DNA of 64,000 nucleotides from Camelus dromedarius (GCF_036321535.1 NC_087437.1:17176001-17240000); one strand, 5' to 3'; positions 12,210 to 27,292 are shown, counted from the stretch's first letter. The notes: generated from the letters alone by a model not told the origin. Numbers and translations: made by a program.

Positions 12210-14560
12210 TACTGCTTACTTTGAAATAAGCTATTTTTAGAACAGTTAGACTTACAAAAAAAAATTAAGATAGTACAAGGAATTTCCACATATATCACAT
12301 CTAATGACCCCTGTAATTAACACCTTACCATTTGTAAGGTACGTTTGTTATAATTAATGAACCAATACCGATACATTAACAAAAGTCTATTATTTAATTC
12401 ACATTTTCTTAGTTTTTGTCTAATGACCTTTTCTGTTCTAGGAGCCCATCCAGGATACTACACTATATTTACATCATGCCAACCTAAGCAGCTCTTGGCT
12501 GCAACTGTTTTTTATAATTTCCTGGTTTTGGGTGACCCTGACAATTTTGAGGAATTTTGTATAGGTATTTTGTATTGTACAGGAATTTCAGGTATTCTGT
12601 ACAATGTTCTTCAAATGGGGTTTGTCTGATGTTTTACTCATGACTAGACTGGGATTACAGGTTGGGGAAGGAGGATGTGAGAGAGAAAGTGTCATTTCTA
12701 CCACCTCATATCAAGGATATATACTAACAACATGATTTATCTCTCTTAATGTTGGCCTATTAATTAGCTGGCTGAGATGGTATATGTCAGGTTTCTCCAC
12801 TGTAAAGCTTCTTTTCATCCTCCTTCCATACTGTACTCTTTGGAAGAAAGTCACTATGTGCATTCCACATTTAAGGGGTGGAGAGTTATGCTCCACCTCC
12901 ATGGAAGTAGAGTAGTTGTAGATACCATTTGAAATTCTTCAGTATGGGAGATTTGCCTCTTTTCACTCATTCATTCAATCACTTATACTAATGTGAACTC
13001 ACTTGATATTTATTTTATACTTTGAATTATAATTCAACACTATTTAATTTTGTTTTCAACTTGTTTCTGCTTTAGCAATTGGGAAGTCTTTCAGTTGGCT
13101 CCTGTGTCCATTTGACATATTCTGACCATTGTGTTTTTTGTTTCTGTTTTTATTTTATTTTTTTAGCACTTGGTTACTTTCCGGCAGCACAACATTCTTC
13201 AGCTCATATTGTATGTTCTCTTTTCCAGTTTTAAAACTAGGTAATACTCCAAAGAGCCCTGGTTCCTTTTATTAGGGAATTTTACTAGAGATGAAGTTTT
13301 GGGCACTCGGTGTTGCTCTTTGATATGGATTGCCCTTGTTTCTAGGTCCTTAAGCAGACAAAACAAAGAAATATATATTCCATACTTATACACAGAACTA
13401 TAAATATTTCATTATGCAATGATCTGCTATCTATATTAAGCCAAACATAAATTGAAACTGGTGTCTCCAACTCTAATACACTACCACATGTATTAGAGTG
13501 GCTATTCCCCTTACTTATCTATAAACTCCCACTCCAACAGAGAGAAATCTGGCTCTCATCAGTGTACCTGTATAGTAGTAGTTTAAGCCATACCCCATGA
13601 GGAACAACTTTATGAACTACATTATAGTTCTTATATACACTATGTACAGTTTCTTTGACTTTATTTTAGTCTTACAGACTCGTTTCCAAAGATACTTAAG
13701 TGAGTAACTTTCCCCCCACCCCCTTCAGTGCAATAGAGTTAGATTACTTAATTATACTTTACATTCCATCCTGGTATTTCCTCAACCTTCTAAATGATTT
13801 TTTTAAAATCTGTATTAATAGAACTCATTCTTTTTCTGAAAAGTTCAATGGGTTTTAACAAATGCATACTGTCATGTATGCACAATTATAGTATCATAAA
13901 GTTTCATCACCTTAAAAAAAAAAATTCCCATGCTTCACACCCATTCAATATTCCCACTTCCCCTTGGCAAACACCTACCTTTTTTTAATCACCACTATAG
14001 GACTGTCTTTTACATACAGTCATATAATTGGAATTAGACAGCATATAGTTTTTTCATACTGGTATCTTTCACTTAACAAAATGCATTTAAGATTGATCCA
14101 TGTCTTTTATTGGTTGAATAATAGCTCATTTCTGTTTATCTCCAAACAATATTCCACTGTATGGATGCACCACATTCTGTCATCCAATTACCTAATGATG
14201 GACATACTGGCCACCATTTTTGGCAACTGGGAATAAAGCTGCTACAGGCATTCACATGCAAGGTTATGTGTTGGCAAAACTTCCAAATCAGTTGTGTAAA
14301 CACCTAGGGAAGACGATTAGTGGATCATATGGTAAAACCATGTTCAGCTTTGTATGAAACTGCCAAACTGTCTTCCAAAGTAGTAATAGCATTTTGCATT
14401 GTGACCAGCAATGAATGAGAACTCCTGTTGTTTCACATTCTTGTCAAGAAATTGGTATTCTCAGGTTTTTAGATTTCAGCCATACTAAAAGGCATATAGT
14501 ATCTCCTTGTTCTCATAATTTGCAATTCCTGAATGATATATGATTGAAAACTTTTTAATA
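12210..14560 (-). mobile_element. Old L1 (L1MC/L1MD-like) 3' region
   Basis: Reverse L1 3'UTR and ORF2-end motifs: ggatcatatggtaaaaccatgttcagc, gaaactgccaaactgtcttccaaagt, tttctccactgtaaag, ggagttatgctccacctcc. Confidence 0.8.
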
Positions 14561-14644
14561 AATAATAATTCTTCAATTAAATTTTTCTGTTTGAATTACT
14601 GGTGAGAATTTGTCTCCTGATCAGACCGACTGATTCTCCATACT

Positions 14645-14940
14645 TGTGCTATCCAACATTGTAGCCTCTAGCCTCATGTAGCTAATTGAGCATTTAAAAT
14701 ATGGGAATTCAAAAATTTGATGTGCAATATGTAGAATATCCACAAGATTATGAAGATATAGTATGAAAAACAGCATAAAAACTGTATCATCAATACATTC
14801 ATTACATGATGAAATGATAATATTTTAGGTATATTATGTCAAATAAATTATATTAAAGTTAATTTCATCCATTTCTTGTAACTTACTGGAAAATATTAAA
14901 TTACAGGTGTAATTTACATTATATTTGTTAGACAATGCCA
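14645..14940. mobile_element. hAT-Charlie MITE (MER33-like)
   Basis: About 300 bp starting gtgctatccaac, with cacatgtggcta-like ctcatgtagcta, and ending cattatatttgttagacaatgc. Confidence 0.65.
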
Positions 14941-15519
14941 TTCTAATACTATAACCACAAAAATCCTTATATTACAAACCTAATCCCATCACTTCCTTGT
15001 TTATCTGATCTCTGATTATCAATGTCCCTCATAACCACCAAGTTAAAGTCCAAACTCTTCAGTACAGCAAGCAAGACTATCATTTACTGTTTAGTCATCT
15101 ACTGCACAAGATCCCTATTTACAGACTACTATCCTGCCACAATGACCAATTTAAACTTGCTTGAAAACATAGTAAGTTGATGCATTCATCATGTTTCACT
15201 ATAAACTACAGATCCTGTTTCCTCCTAACAAGTCTTGTTTCTGCGCTCTTTGGAGAAATAGGTATCTTCCCCATAGAAGGTATGTGTGCGAGTGCGAGTG
15301 TATATATGAAAAGGGGATTGGGGAAATGTTATTTCTTTTACTGAGTAGGTAACATATTCATATGGTTGAAAATCAAAAGGTAATTAAAGTTACACGGTGA
15401 AAACTTGCCCAACTCTACCCTCAAGCCTTAAGAAAAAAAGACTAGTTCTTTCAATCAATACTATTATTCCTTATAGGTCCTTCCAGAGATATTTAAACAT
15501 ATTTTTAAAAATGCATATG

Positions 15520-15896
15520 ACAGAAATTAAAGAAGACATAGAGAGGATTTCATGGATTGGAAGACTTAATATCACTAAAATGCTAATACTACCCAAAGCA
15601 ATCTTTCCAAAGATTCAATACAATCTCTATCAAATTCCCAAAGATTCTTTTTTGCAGAAACAGAAAAATCCATTCTAAAATTCATAGGAAATCTCAAAGG
15701 ACCTTGAATAGCCAAAATAATCCTGGAAAAAGAATAATGTTGGAGGACTCACATTTTTGATTCCAAAACTTCCCACAAAGCTATAGTAATCAAAAAAGTG
15801 TGGTGCTGGTATAAAGAGAAACTTACAGACCAAAGAAACAGAATAGAGAACACAGAAATTAACTCTCATATATAAGGTTAAATAATCTTTGACAAG
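15520..15896 (+). mobile_element. L1 ORF2 fragment (older copy)
   Basis: ORF 15397 contains SWIGRLNITKMLILPKAI, an L1 ORF2p motif. Confidence 0.85.
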
Positions 15897-17466
15897 AATT
15901 ACCCAGGACATTTTCCACAGAACTAGAACAAACAATCCTAAAATTTATATAGAATCACAAAAGGCCCAGAATTGCCAAAGCAATATTGAAGAAAAACAAC
16001 AAAGCTGGAGGAATAACCCTCCTGGACTTCAGACAATAATACAGAGCTACAGTCATCAAAATAGTGTGGTACTGGCACTAAAACAGACATATGGATCAAT
16101 AGAACTGAATAGAGAGCACAAAATAAACCCACTGACCTATGATCAATTAACCTTCGGCAAAGAAGGCATGAATATACAATGGAGAAGACAGTTCCTTTAG
16201 CTAGTGATGTTGGGAAAACTGGATAGCAGCATGTAAATCAATGAAGTGAGAACACTCCCTCACCCCATACACAAAAATCAACTCAAAATGGCTTAAAGAC
16301 TTAAATATAAGACAAGACACAATAAATCTCCTAGAAGAAAACATAGGCAAAACATTCTTTAACATAAATCTTAGCAATGCTCTCCTAGGGCAGTCTACCC
16401 AGGCAACAGAAATAAGAGAAAAAATAAACAAACAGGACCTAATTAAACTTAGAAGCTTTTGCAGAGCAAAAGAAACCATAAGCAAAACAAAACGACAACC
16501 TACAGAGTGGGACAAAATATTTGCAAATGATGAGACTGACAAGGGCTTAATTTCCAGAATATATAAACAGCTCATACAGCTTAATGACAAAAAATACAAA
16601 AAACAAAAAAACAAAAAAACCCAATCCAAAAATGGGCAGAAGATCTAAACAAGCAATTCTCTAATGAAGACATACAAATGGCCAATAGGCAGATGAAAAA
16701 ATGCTCAATATCACTAATTATCAGAGAAATGCAAATCAAAACTACAGTGAGGTATCATCTCACACCAGTCAGATTGGCCATCATTCAATGAACAATAAAT
16801 GCTGTAGAGGGTGTGGAGAAAAGGGAACCCTCCTACACTGTTGGTGGGAATGTAGTTTGGTGCAGCCATTATGGGCAACAGTATGGAGATTCCTCAAAAA
16901 ACTGAAAATAGACCTACCATATGATCCAGCAATCCCACTTCTGGGTATATATTCGAAGGGAACTCTAATTCGAAAAGACACATGCACCCCAATGTTCATA
17001 GCAGCACTATTTACAATAGCCAAGACATGGAAGCAACCTAAATGTCCACTGACAGATGACTGGGTAAAGAAGTTGTGGTACATTTATACAATGGAATACT
17101 ACTCAGCCATAAAAAGAATAAAATAATGTCATTTGCAACAACATGGATGGACCTAGAGATCGTCATTTGAAGTGAAGCAAGCCAGAAAGCGAAAGAAAAA
17201 TACCAAATGATATCACTCAATATGTGGAATCTTTAAAAACAACAACAACAAAGGACACTGACCTCATCTACAAAATAGAAACTGACTCGCACACATAGTA
17301 AACAATCTTATGGTTACTGGGGAAAGGGCATGGGAAGGGATAAATTTGGGAGTTTGAGATTTACAAATGTTAGCCACTATATATAAAAATAATTTTTTAA
17401 AAGTTTCTTCTGTATAGCACATGGAACTATATTCAAAATCTTATAATAACCTTTAATTAAAAAAAG
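15897..17466 (+). mobile_element. Younger artiodactyl/camelid-type L1, ORF2 C-terminus and partial 3'UTR
   Basis: ORF 16701 contains [30 protein letters not shown] and [22 protein letters not shown] (ORF2p cysteine-rich end). The copy stops at an internal A tract of the 3'UTR. Confidence 0.93.
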
Positions 17467-19074
17467 TGAAAGTGAATTTGAAAAAAGATAAGTGTTGGAA
17501 GAGTTCTATGAAGGGAAAGAAAATTTTCAGTGACTGGTAACCAGGGAAGGTTTCACTAAAGAGATGAGCTGCAAGTTGGGACTTAACGAATTATGTAAGA
17601 TTAGTAAAACTAGTAAGATTAGCAAAAATACAATTTAGGAAACAAGGATTCCAGAAAAAAAAAAAACAAAACACCATGAGCTAAGGGGTAGACGTGGGAA
17701 AATATAAGCCACATACAGAAAGATAAGAGATATATCTGACTGAATGAAAGGTTCTGAATAGGGAAACACAAAAAAATTCTAGGAAGAACACATCGCATAA
17801 GAAAAAGGTGCTTCTTGCTATTTGAACAAGTTTTAAAAAGGTCAACCTGGCAGTATTAAAAAGGATAGTATATAAAAGGGAAAAGACTAAAAAGACAGGC
17901 AGATAAACAGTACACACTCCTACAAAGCAAGGCTTAAAGAAAGGAATTTGGGAAATGTAAAAGAAGGGACAGATGTACAAGACACAGTGAAATAAAAATT
18001 CATGAGATTTGGAATCTCATTAGGTATAGGAGAGAGGGAAAGGGACTTGTGATGAGGAAACTAAACGGTGACATGTTTTAACTGTATATTCCTGGAAAAA
18101 TTATGGTAGGATTAAGGAATTCAGAACTAAAAGCTAGTCTGTAGAAGAAAAGTTAACTGAAAAATTTTCAAAATAAGACAACAAAGCTGGTTTGAGAAAG
18201 AAGAAGAGATAGAAATCCAACTGATAAACACATTTCTAAAAGCATGTGGACTTAAGCTACAAAAATTATTTCAAAAAGAGATTTTTGTTTCTTAGAAAAA
18301 TAGAAATAGAAAAAGTGGTAATGATGAATAGGCAATTCAGAAAAGAAACAAATGACCAATATTTCAGAATATATTGATGAAATGTTACAGCACTTAAAAA
18401 TTAGAAAAGATTTAACAATTAGTACATGCAACGCAACAGTAAGATGGGTAACACCATTTATTTTGCTTTGTGAAAGGTAAATCGATAATACACATCAAAA
18501 ACTTTCAAAACATATGGCATATCTTTTGACTAAACAACTCTACTTATAAGAATGTACTGTAAAAAACATCTATGGCTCTAGAGTAAAATATATTTGTGAG
18601 ATAGTTTATGTCAGCATGATTTTGAAAAAATTTTAACATAAATGGTAAACAATAGGGGACTAATTAAATAAATTAAATAATTCAATACAGAATACTATGC
18701 AGCCATTAAATTATGTAAAGTATGTAACTGATATCATGAAATTTATAATATTCTAAACAAAAGTATCAAATAATTTAGAATATCCAATTTTTATAAATAA
18801 ATTCACCTGGTAATCTCTCCTTCTAACAGTCACTGTTAATACTTTATTGTGTATGCTACGCTCCATCTTCTTTCTATGTGTATGTATACACAAAAGTAAA
18901 AATTGTGTTTCCTTTTATATACTTCTCCTATTCAGTCTAGGCAAATATAAAAGTTAAACAATGTTTAGAACGAAAGTGTTGGTTCTCACTTAAATCAAAC
19001 AAAAAGACCAAAATCCCTAATAAAACATTAAATCATAGACTCAAGACAGGTTAGGTTACTGATGTGCTGATTTA

Positions 19075-19560
19075 CATGACAACTGAAAGCAACATGACAT
19101 CTGGGACTAGATTCTGAACCACGAAAAAAAAATTTTTTTTTCTTTTACTTAGGGCATTATTAAGACATTGGGCAAAATCTGAATGAAGTATATGTAGATA
19201 AGATCAGTATTGTAACAATATTTTCCTGATTTTCAAACTTGTTCTGTGGTTGTATAGGAGAATATCCTTGATTTTAAGGAAATGTATACTAAAACATTAG
19301 GAGGAAAGCGGCATCACATTTGCAACTTACTCTCAAAGAGTTAAAAAGTAATTATTGGTATATGATACAGATTTATATATATAAATTTATATTTACACTT
19401 ATATGTGTCTCTGTATATACAGAGAGAAAAAATATGATAAAGCAAATTGATTAACATTTTGACAATCTGCATGAAGAATCTGCGTAAGAATTCTCTGTAA
19501 AATTCTTGAAACTCTTCTGTGTCTGAAATTATTTTAAAATAAAAACAAATTTAAACACTT
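19075..19560 (+). mobile_element. Old L1 3' end (L1MC/L1ME-like)
   Basis: aactgaaagcaacatg...gactagattctgaacc, gcatcacatttgcaacttactctcaaa and tctgaaattattttaaaataaaa. Similar to the block at 58140-58390. Confidence 0.7.
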
Positions 19561-19589
19561 AAAAAATGAATGATTAAATAAAATTAAAA

Positions 19590-19776
19590 ACCATTCATTT
19601 ATTATTCAATAAACCCTTACTGAAAGTCAAACACTGGTATATGGCAGAAAACAAAACAGATAAAAATCCCTGTCTTCGTACAGCTTACCTTCCAGCAGGG
19701 GAAGATAGACAAAAAGTAAATAAAAAGTGTATACTATGCTAGACGCCAGTAAGTGCTGTGAAGAAAGGGGAACACG

Positions 19777-19815
<39 letters not shown>

Positions 19816-20360
19816 TATGGGGATAGTAAGTCTCCTTGTGAAGGATGAAATATTTGCAGTTCTAGATACCATCCTTAAGGAAGGCCCCAATGAGAAGATA
19901 ACACAGGGCCCTGAGACAAGAAACACATCTGACAGGTTTCAGCAAAAATATGTGATGGTGGCTTAATCCAGTGTTGTAGTAGAAAACTGACGCAATTTGC
20001 AAATCAATCAGCAGAATTCGGTCATAGTCCAGACAAAGGCTGAGAAAGACTGAAGAATAACTGCAAAGTTTATAGCCTGAGCAACCAGAGATATGAAGTT
20101 GCCACTACAGAAAAGACGTGAGCAGGCAATAGGAAGCTTGAAAGTGTTGTTTTTTTTTTTTTTAACCAAAAAACAAAAAACCACCTTGAGCCCATTAAAT
20201 ATCTAAATGAAGATTCTCAGTGGGCACCTGGATATGAGTCTGGAGTCCAGGGGTAAAGTCCAGGCTGGACACATAAATCTGGGTGACATAAGCTTAAAGA
20301 TGGTATTTAAAGTCATGAACCTGGACATGATCACCAAGGGAGTATTGTGTAGACAGAGAA
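19590..20360. mobile_element. L2 LINE remnant containing a (CA)n microsatellite at about 19779-19810
   Basis: cattcatttattattcaataaac end, aaaatccctgtcttcgtacagcttac, ctggatatgagtctggagtccagggg and atggtatttaaagtcatg. Confidence 0.7.
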
Positions 20361-20899
20361 AATCATGCCCATTATTTGCTAATACAATCACAGAGTTCAA
20401 ATAAACATGACAATCTATAGTGTTTATTTAGAGATTATTAATCATTTGGGTATAGAACTATTATAATAATAACAAATATGAATTAGGACATCTGCAAAAT
20501 AAGAGTGCTTTAATAAGAAACAGAAGTCTCTGAAATAATTGTATACTGAGAAGAAATACCAAAAAAATGAGATGTTTCCTGAGAATTTAGAAATAAGAAA
20601 AACAATAATGTCCAACACAGACATCCTCATACTATATGTTTTCATTTGACTAAGTAAATTAATAAAACCAACGGTCCATGAAGTCCTCTTAAAAAGTACC
20701 AAAAGTATTAAAATAGCTGAACAAAGAGTGTGTCAATTGAAACTTGGAATTGTTCAAAATGGAGCCAGTTGACAGAAAATGTCCAAGGAATCTTCAGAAC
20801 AGGTACTATGGCTTAAACTGAAATCTGATCATTCTGACAATTATACCTCTCAATATTAATTAACAGCTTGGCATTTTGGCATTCTTAAGAGAAAAGAGT

Positions 20900-21080
20900 T
20901 AGGGAGTTAGGCTATGAATTCAAATCCCAGGTGTTACTTATGTGATATTATGACTTTGGGCAAAAATACCACTTTCTATTTTTGTTTTCCACTTTGTAAA
21001 CTGCATGTAAGACCTATTTCACAGTACTGGTGTGAGTATCAAATGACATAAAAAGCACCAGCTCAGTGCATAGCCCAGAG
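20900..21080 (+). mobile_element. MIR SINE
   Basis: ttcaaatcccagg...gactttgggcaa...tttgtaaa...acctatttcacagtactggtgtgag resembles the MIR core. Confidence 0.6.
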
Positions 21081-22805
21081 TAGAAACTCAGGAAGTTCTG
21101 TTTCCAAGATCAAGAAATAGGCCTGAGTCATGTGGAAGAATAGACAGCCATGTGAACTAATGAGTGTGAAAATATGGACTAAAGTCTAACACAAATCTCT
21201 ACAATACTACTATCCTACCTTGGGTGACATTCTTTCAATTTTATAAACATGGGATGAACATGCACTATTTACCTGCTAGATTATGTAGTAGCAATTTCGC
21301 TAAAAATATAGTATTTCCAACCACAGGAGTTAAGCATTTGGATACGCAAAAGGATATAGACTACTTTGCACCAAGGAAAGCAAAATATTACATGGATGGA
21401 GCTGTAGACACCGCAAAATTAGATTCTAAAGAATAATACAATAGCCTGTAGAGGGTGATAAATTCTCTTTAGGGTGGAGGGTGTGGGGGAAGAAACAAGA
21501 GCTTTCTTGAAGAAGATAGCTCTTAGTCTGAATCTTTAAAGAGTTTTAATTAGAGGGAAACAAATTCAAGTAAGCAATCATGTAGGCAGTTTACCCTACT
21601 AACTTCAAGCAAGTTTAGTCTTATTTCCAATTGTGTACCTATAACCTATGAATTCTACAGAAAGCAATGTAACTTGCCTACAGTATTAGAAAAATTGTAA
21701 CAACAGTAAGGGGAACTATAATAGTCCCCAGCTTCTAAGTGCAAGACGCTTCATTTTTCCCAAAATGTTTCTGTAAGGAACATGGTACCACCAAACACTT
21801 CTACTAAATTGAGAAGGATTATAAAGAGTGATTATAATACGTGTCTTTTCCTCCACAATTTTTTTCCTTTTAAGTAAATGTGGAGGATAAAAGCAAGTAT
21901 AGAGAAAACTGGAAGTCATCCTACTATCCCTTGTTTTGTTGTTATTAGATCGTCCTAGAAAAGTAAAAGGTATGAAGTTTCATTGAAGCTAATTAAAAAT
22001 TGTGGCAAACAGATAAATATTGATGAAACAGCAATAACACAAAAAAAATTTTAAGTCACTAAAAAGGACACATACATAATAACTGGTTAAATAAGACAGA
22101 CATCAATCGCAATAGGTAGATCATGATTCAAATCAACAAATTACCTTTATTAGATGAGAGTATTTATAAAATGATTATAAACTTTAAATTTGTTATTTGG
22201 TGATGTTAATAAAATACTGTTATCTTGCAATATGATAATGATATTGGGGTGATGTTTAAAAGAGAGAGAGCAAGCCCTTATCTTTTAGAGATACATTGTG
22301 AAATATTTAAAGATGGAATGAAGTCTAGAATGACCTTCAAATGTAACACGGGAAAGAAAGAATGGGTGGACAGATAAAACAAGACTGGCCATTACTTGAA
22401 AACTGCTGTAGCTGGGTATATAGAGGGTTTATTATACTATTATGTCTCCTATAAAAGAAGGCTAAAATTTTCCATAATCAGAACTCTTATAAAATAAAAT
22501 TTTGAAACTGCTAATAGACAATCACATCATAAAGGTAAGTGATGTAAAACAATACAAGCCTTAACCCACTGCCACATGGATACTGCTGTCTCTAACAGTT
22601 TATGCCACCTTCAGTTAAATGATGACTGCTGTACTCAGAACACATAAAGATATCCCTCAAAGTAAGGATACCTAGTGCTCTTCTAAACTTCTTTACCATG
22701 TATCAATGAGAGTATCATCTGAGACTGGACCCAAATACCACCAAAATGCACACTCAGGAGCTCATAAGAAATCAGAGTTGCAGCTAAAAATAAAAAGCAG
22801 GGAAA

Positions 22806-22913
22806 ACATGAAAACAAATATATGTATGTATATGCATGACTGGGACACTGTGCTGCACACCAGAGATCAACACATTGTAACGGACTATACTTCAAAAATA
22901 TAAAAATTTTAAA
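22806..22913 (+). mobile_element. Very short 5'-truncated L1 3' end with target-site duplication
   Basis: Homologous to the L1 tail at 31135-31230. Flanked by aaaaag(c/t)agggaaa at 22792-22805 and 22914-22927. Confidence 0.88.
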
Positions 22914-23169
22914 AAAAAGTAGGGAAATCATAACTACCCACACACAGCTCATTCCACATTGATTATCTTCTGTCTTCACATGGACCACTATTCATTTACA
23001 AGAGAAAAATAGAAAGTAAAAAAGAAACTGCAATTAATCTCCTTTTTCTGACCACTTCCAAGCATGGTTTCCAAGAATTTCTAATGTGTCAGGGAGATTT
23101 TTTTAAAATGTTAATAATACTAGAACTAACAAACAGCTCATATCAAGCCCCTTTACTTGGTAACCATTA

Positions 23170-23319
<150 letters not shown>

Positions 23320-23399
23320 TTATTTTAGTAAACAAACTAATTCTTCAATATAAAAAGATAAGGGCTTAGGAGGAATTTTATTCATTTTATACAATAATG

Positions 23400-24135
23400 A
23401 AAATGTGCTAGTAAATGTTTAACAACTGGCTCCTTAAAAAAATATATGCACATAAATTACTAGAAATGTTACCAATAAAAAGGATGCATAGTACACAACT
23501 CACAAATAATAATAAAATAAATATTATTCTTTATTGTAAACTCTACACAGCTAATTAATTCATATAAAACGATTTTGATGATTTTGCCAAACTCTTGTAT
23601 CCATAGCTAACCTGTTTTGGCAGCTGATGAACAAGTAAGAGTTTTGACATGAAAGGCAGTTGATACCTTTGTTCATGTTAATGAACAGAATGCAACTGAA
23701 ATGACAAAGACATTTGTTGGAACTTGACTTCATTGGTAAATGGTGTAAGCAACTTCTTTACTGAATTGGATACATAATAGTTCTTGAACACTAGAAGAAC
23801 ACTTCTTTAATTTTTTGTGGTATCATAATATGAGTACAGACCTGATACACATTTAATCAGCATTAACAATTTCTGTACCACTTTACTGAGTACACAGACA
23901 AACAACAAAACAATAAATTAAGCCCTGATTTGTAGTGTTTGCTGATTTGCATAATGTGAATACTCCCACCACAGCCAAATTCAAATTACGAACAGGACAT
24001 CACCAAACACAGAGTTGAGAAATAATTAACAGTAATAATTAGCACATTATTTAAAAGTATTTCCACCATACAGATACAATCGGTATAAATGAGAACCTCA
24101 AGAGTGTTGAAAATAGTAACATAACATAATTAGGA
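23400..24135. mobile_element. hAT-Blackjack DNA transposon (MER63-like)
   Basis: Starts gtgctagtaaatgtttaacaactggctcc and contains gccctgatttgtagtgtttgctgattt...aatactcccacc, recalled MER63 motifs. Confidence 0.7.
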
Positions 24136-24499
24136 CATATGTATATTTTAATTTTTAAAATTGAAATTAATAGGAATTTGCCATACAAATACATAGGATT
24201 CCCGAATGGTACTCCATAATATGTACAAAATTTATGTAACTATTTCCCTATATATGAGCACTTAGATTGTCTTAGTTTTGAACTACTACAAACAGAGCTG
24301 AAACAATTGTCCTTGTACATTAACTTTTACTACACATCAACAAATCTCTCTCTCTAGAATACACAGAATGCTGAGTCAAGGCATATGCAAATTCAAACAT
24401 CAACCAACAGCTTTACAAAAACCCTGCACATGGCTAGTGTCTACATTTATAAGACTATTGGACATAAGTGAAGAATCAAATCAGATCTTATAAAATGAT

Positions 24500-25240
24500 T
24501 CTTTTGCTCTCTAAAACTGTCTAAATTCTGTCTGCCTCTATAATCACTTTAGTTCAAGTTATCAAGTTATCACCATCTCTGGCCTAGATACTACAACACC
24601 TTCTTACTAATAGGACTCCCTGCTTCTTCAGTTGCCCTTCCAATCTAATCACTATACTGCACTAAGACTGATTTTCTAACTATATATCTTATTACTTCTC
24701 CCCCACAGTTAAAACCCTACAGTGGCTTCCTCCTGCTTCAAGGGAAAAAAAAAAAAATTAAAACAACACCTCAAAACTCTTAATATAAGAGTTAGCAGGT
24801 CCTTAAATCATACAGCCCCACTCTACTCATAAGCCTTATCTCACCCTCCTCTCCATCTTCAATCCTGAAAAAAGAAAAATAACAGCTTTACTTCAGTCCC
24901 TCAAACATGCCATGATTCCTCCTACCTTGGGTTCTTTGCACAAGCCATTCCTTCAATCTGGAATTAATACCCTGAGATCCCTTCTTCTCCTCCCCAGATT
25001 CCCTCCACTTCAGATTTAAGATCCACATCTCTTCCTTAGAAAAGTAGACTAAATCAAGGCATGTGTTAAAATTCTCATAAAATCCTCTAGTTTACCTTCA
25101 TAGCACTGATGGCAGTTTACATCGACTTATTTGCCATTAGTTGATTAGTTTCTATCTATATAAGTTCATGGCCACAAGGACTGAGTCTCTTCCACTTGCT
25201 TTTGCTCCCCAGTTCCTTGTACTACAATATTTGGTGGAAT
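24500..25240. mobile_element. L2 LINE remnant
   Basis: accatctctggcctagatactacaac, aaaaccctacagtggcttcc, ctttgcacaagccattccttc and taagttcatggccacaagga. Confidence 0.65.
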
Positions 25241-26742
25241 ATATAAATATGATAATATTAAAATTGATAATATTTGATGATGATTAATAGTAAACAGCAC
25301 TAAGGTGATAAAATTCTGCTAATAATAACTAAACAAGGCAAGACATAATGTCTAATGTCTCCATTACAAAAACCATTACTGAATTGAACATTAACAACTG
25401 CTAAATCAAAAGTTTTGTTTGTTTCTGAAGAGACTTTAGAATTAATTTCTAATATATTATCTTCACTTTACAAATGACAGAAACTGAAGTTTACAAATAC
25501 TAAGAGACATACCACATTTCCTTTCACCTACAATGTAGATATGGTATTGGTGGATGAGCAGATTAAGCAAGATAATATATGCTGCTAATGCATCTGGCAA
25601 AATCCTCAGAAAACTGTATGTCTTCAATAAATTCTTCTTAGATTTCAACTTGACCAAGACTACTATCTCCAGCTCACAGACTGAAAGCAAATTTCATTTA
25701 CCCACCTCACAGATTGCTACTATCCACTACCATATTGTATGTTTACATTTTTATGAAAAAAATTCCGTTATCCACAAAACATGACATTAAATATCCTATC
25801 CATGCAATCTCTATTTAAATACAATCCAGTTAACTACAACCTATGTTTCATATTTAATCAAAGAGTATTTACTACGGGTCTCCCTAATACCCAGCAATGT
25901 GCTAGGAGCTGGCCATACATACATAAGGCACAAAGGGAAAAACAGTAAGAAAGGATTGTAAAATATGTTAAGCATGGTGCTATATTAAAAGGGAAAAGTA
26001 TGACAGGAACCTACCTAATTTTGAGGAGTCAGTGGGGCTTTGTTGGAGGCATATCTCAGCTAACACCCACAGGACTACTGAGTTGGCCAGGTAAGGAAAG
26101 AGGCACGCAGGCATTGCAAGCAGAATGAAGAAAAACAAAAGTACAAAGAAAAATACTATACAGAGACCTCCAAACTAAGTATTATGTTCAAGTTAAGGAG
26201 TAATAAACAGACTTGAAGTAAGTAAATAGAAAGAGTTTGAATTGTACCTCCTATATTTGAACAAAAAGAGGAAGGTAGGTATTGACAGTTTTCAGCAGGT
26301 GAAGTAATTTGGACAGATTTTTGCCTTAGAGTTCTGAAGGAAAAACAGAAGGCCAGGATATCAGTTGGAAGGCGACTACAGTCTCTTGGAAAAAACTAAT
26401 ATAAATGAACTGGGACTATAAGAATATATAAATAACTATATAAACTGTTGGTCATTTTCATTATATCTAAAGCATTGTTATCATACAGGATCACAGAAGG
26501 CAGATTCCTAATTTGTATTTAAATAACACCTATTAAAGAAAAAGTATCTTGGAGTACGCTTTCCCAAGAATCCAAAATAAGACCAAATTCAATATTAAAT
26601 TCTAGATGTGTCCTACAATGCCAACAGATCTAATGAGATGCCACCAGAAATGCCAACCACAACCACTAACCACAATCTCAGTCTCAGAGAAAAGCAGCTC
26701 AGCATGGGTGTGAGGAGGTTAGACGCACAGTGTGATACAGGA

Positions 26743-27074
26743 TAGGGATGTCTACAAACTTTTTTGGTAAATAGCCAAATGAAATATTTATGCTCTGCAG
26801 GCAACTCATTTCTCTATCATAGCTTTTTTTTTTGGAGGGGGGAGGGGCTTACCTATTTATTTATTTTTAGGAGAGGTACTGAGAATTGAACTCAGGACCT
26901 TGTGTATGCTAAGCATGCACTCTTACCTCTTGAGCTATATTCTACCTCTCGCTCTATCACAACTTGTAGCACAAAAGTGGTCATATTCTGCAAAGGCATT
27001 AGTGTTCCAATAAAACTATATTTACAAAAATAGCATGCCAGATTTGGTCCATGGTCATAGTTTGTTGATACCTC
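26743..27074. mobile_element. hAT-Charlie MITE (MER58-like), interrupted by a SINE
   Basis: agggatgtctacaaact at the start; gtgttccaataaaactatatttacaaaaatagc and gatttggtccatggtcatagtttgttgatacct at the end. Confidence 0.75.
26826..26951 (-). mobile_element. tRNA-derived SINE (Vic-1-like)
   Basis: Reverse complement of the 10042 family. TSD ctctatca(t/c)a(g/a)ctt at 26812-26825 and 26952-26965. Confidence 0.88.
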
Positions 27075-27292
27075 ATATAAGACAGTAACATGTTTTTTTT
27101 TTTTTTTGTTTAGTAACACAGAACATACTGATATTACAATAGCAATGAACAAGGTAATTACACACTCTAGTTCCTTGATTTTAAACACATTGCCCAATAT
27201 CAAAGAACATATTTGATGTGTCTCATTAATGAGACAAATTGGATGTAGAAAAGTATTATACATATTTTTTAAAAAGCTGTAATAATACTTAC

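Noticed and set aside
11825..12240. Three overlapping short ORFs suggesting a coding exon or pseudogene
   Set aside because: No recognisable protein motif or convincing splice pair; the adjacent sequence looks like a decayed L2.
17440..22913. L1 ending at 17466 and L1 tail starting at 22806 look like two halves of one element
   Set aside because: The 22806 piece has its own TSD, and the intervening 5 kb contains much older repeats (L2, MIR, old L1), so these are independent insertions.
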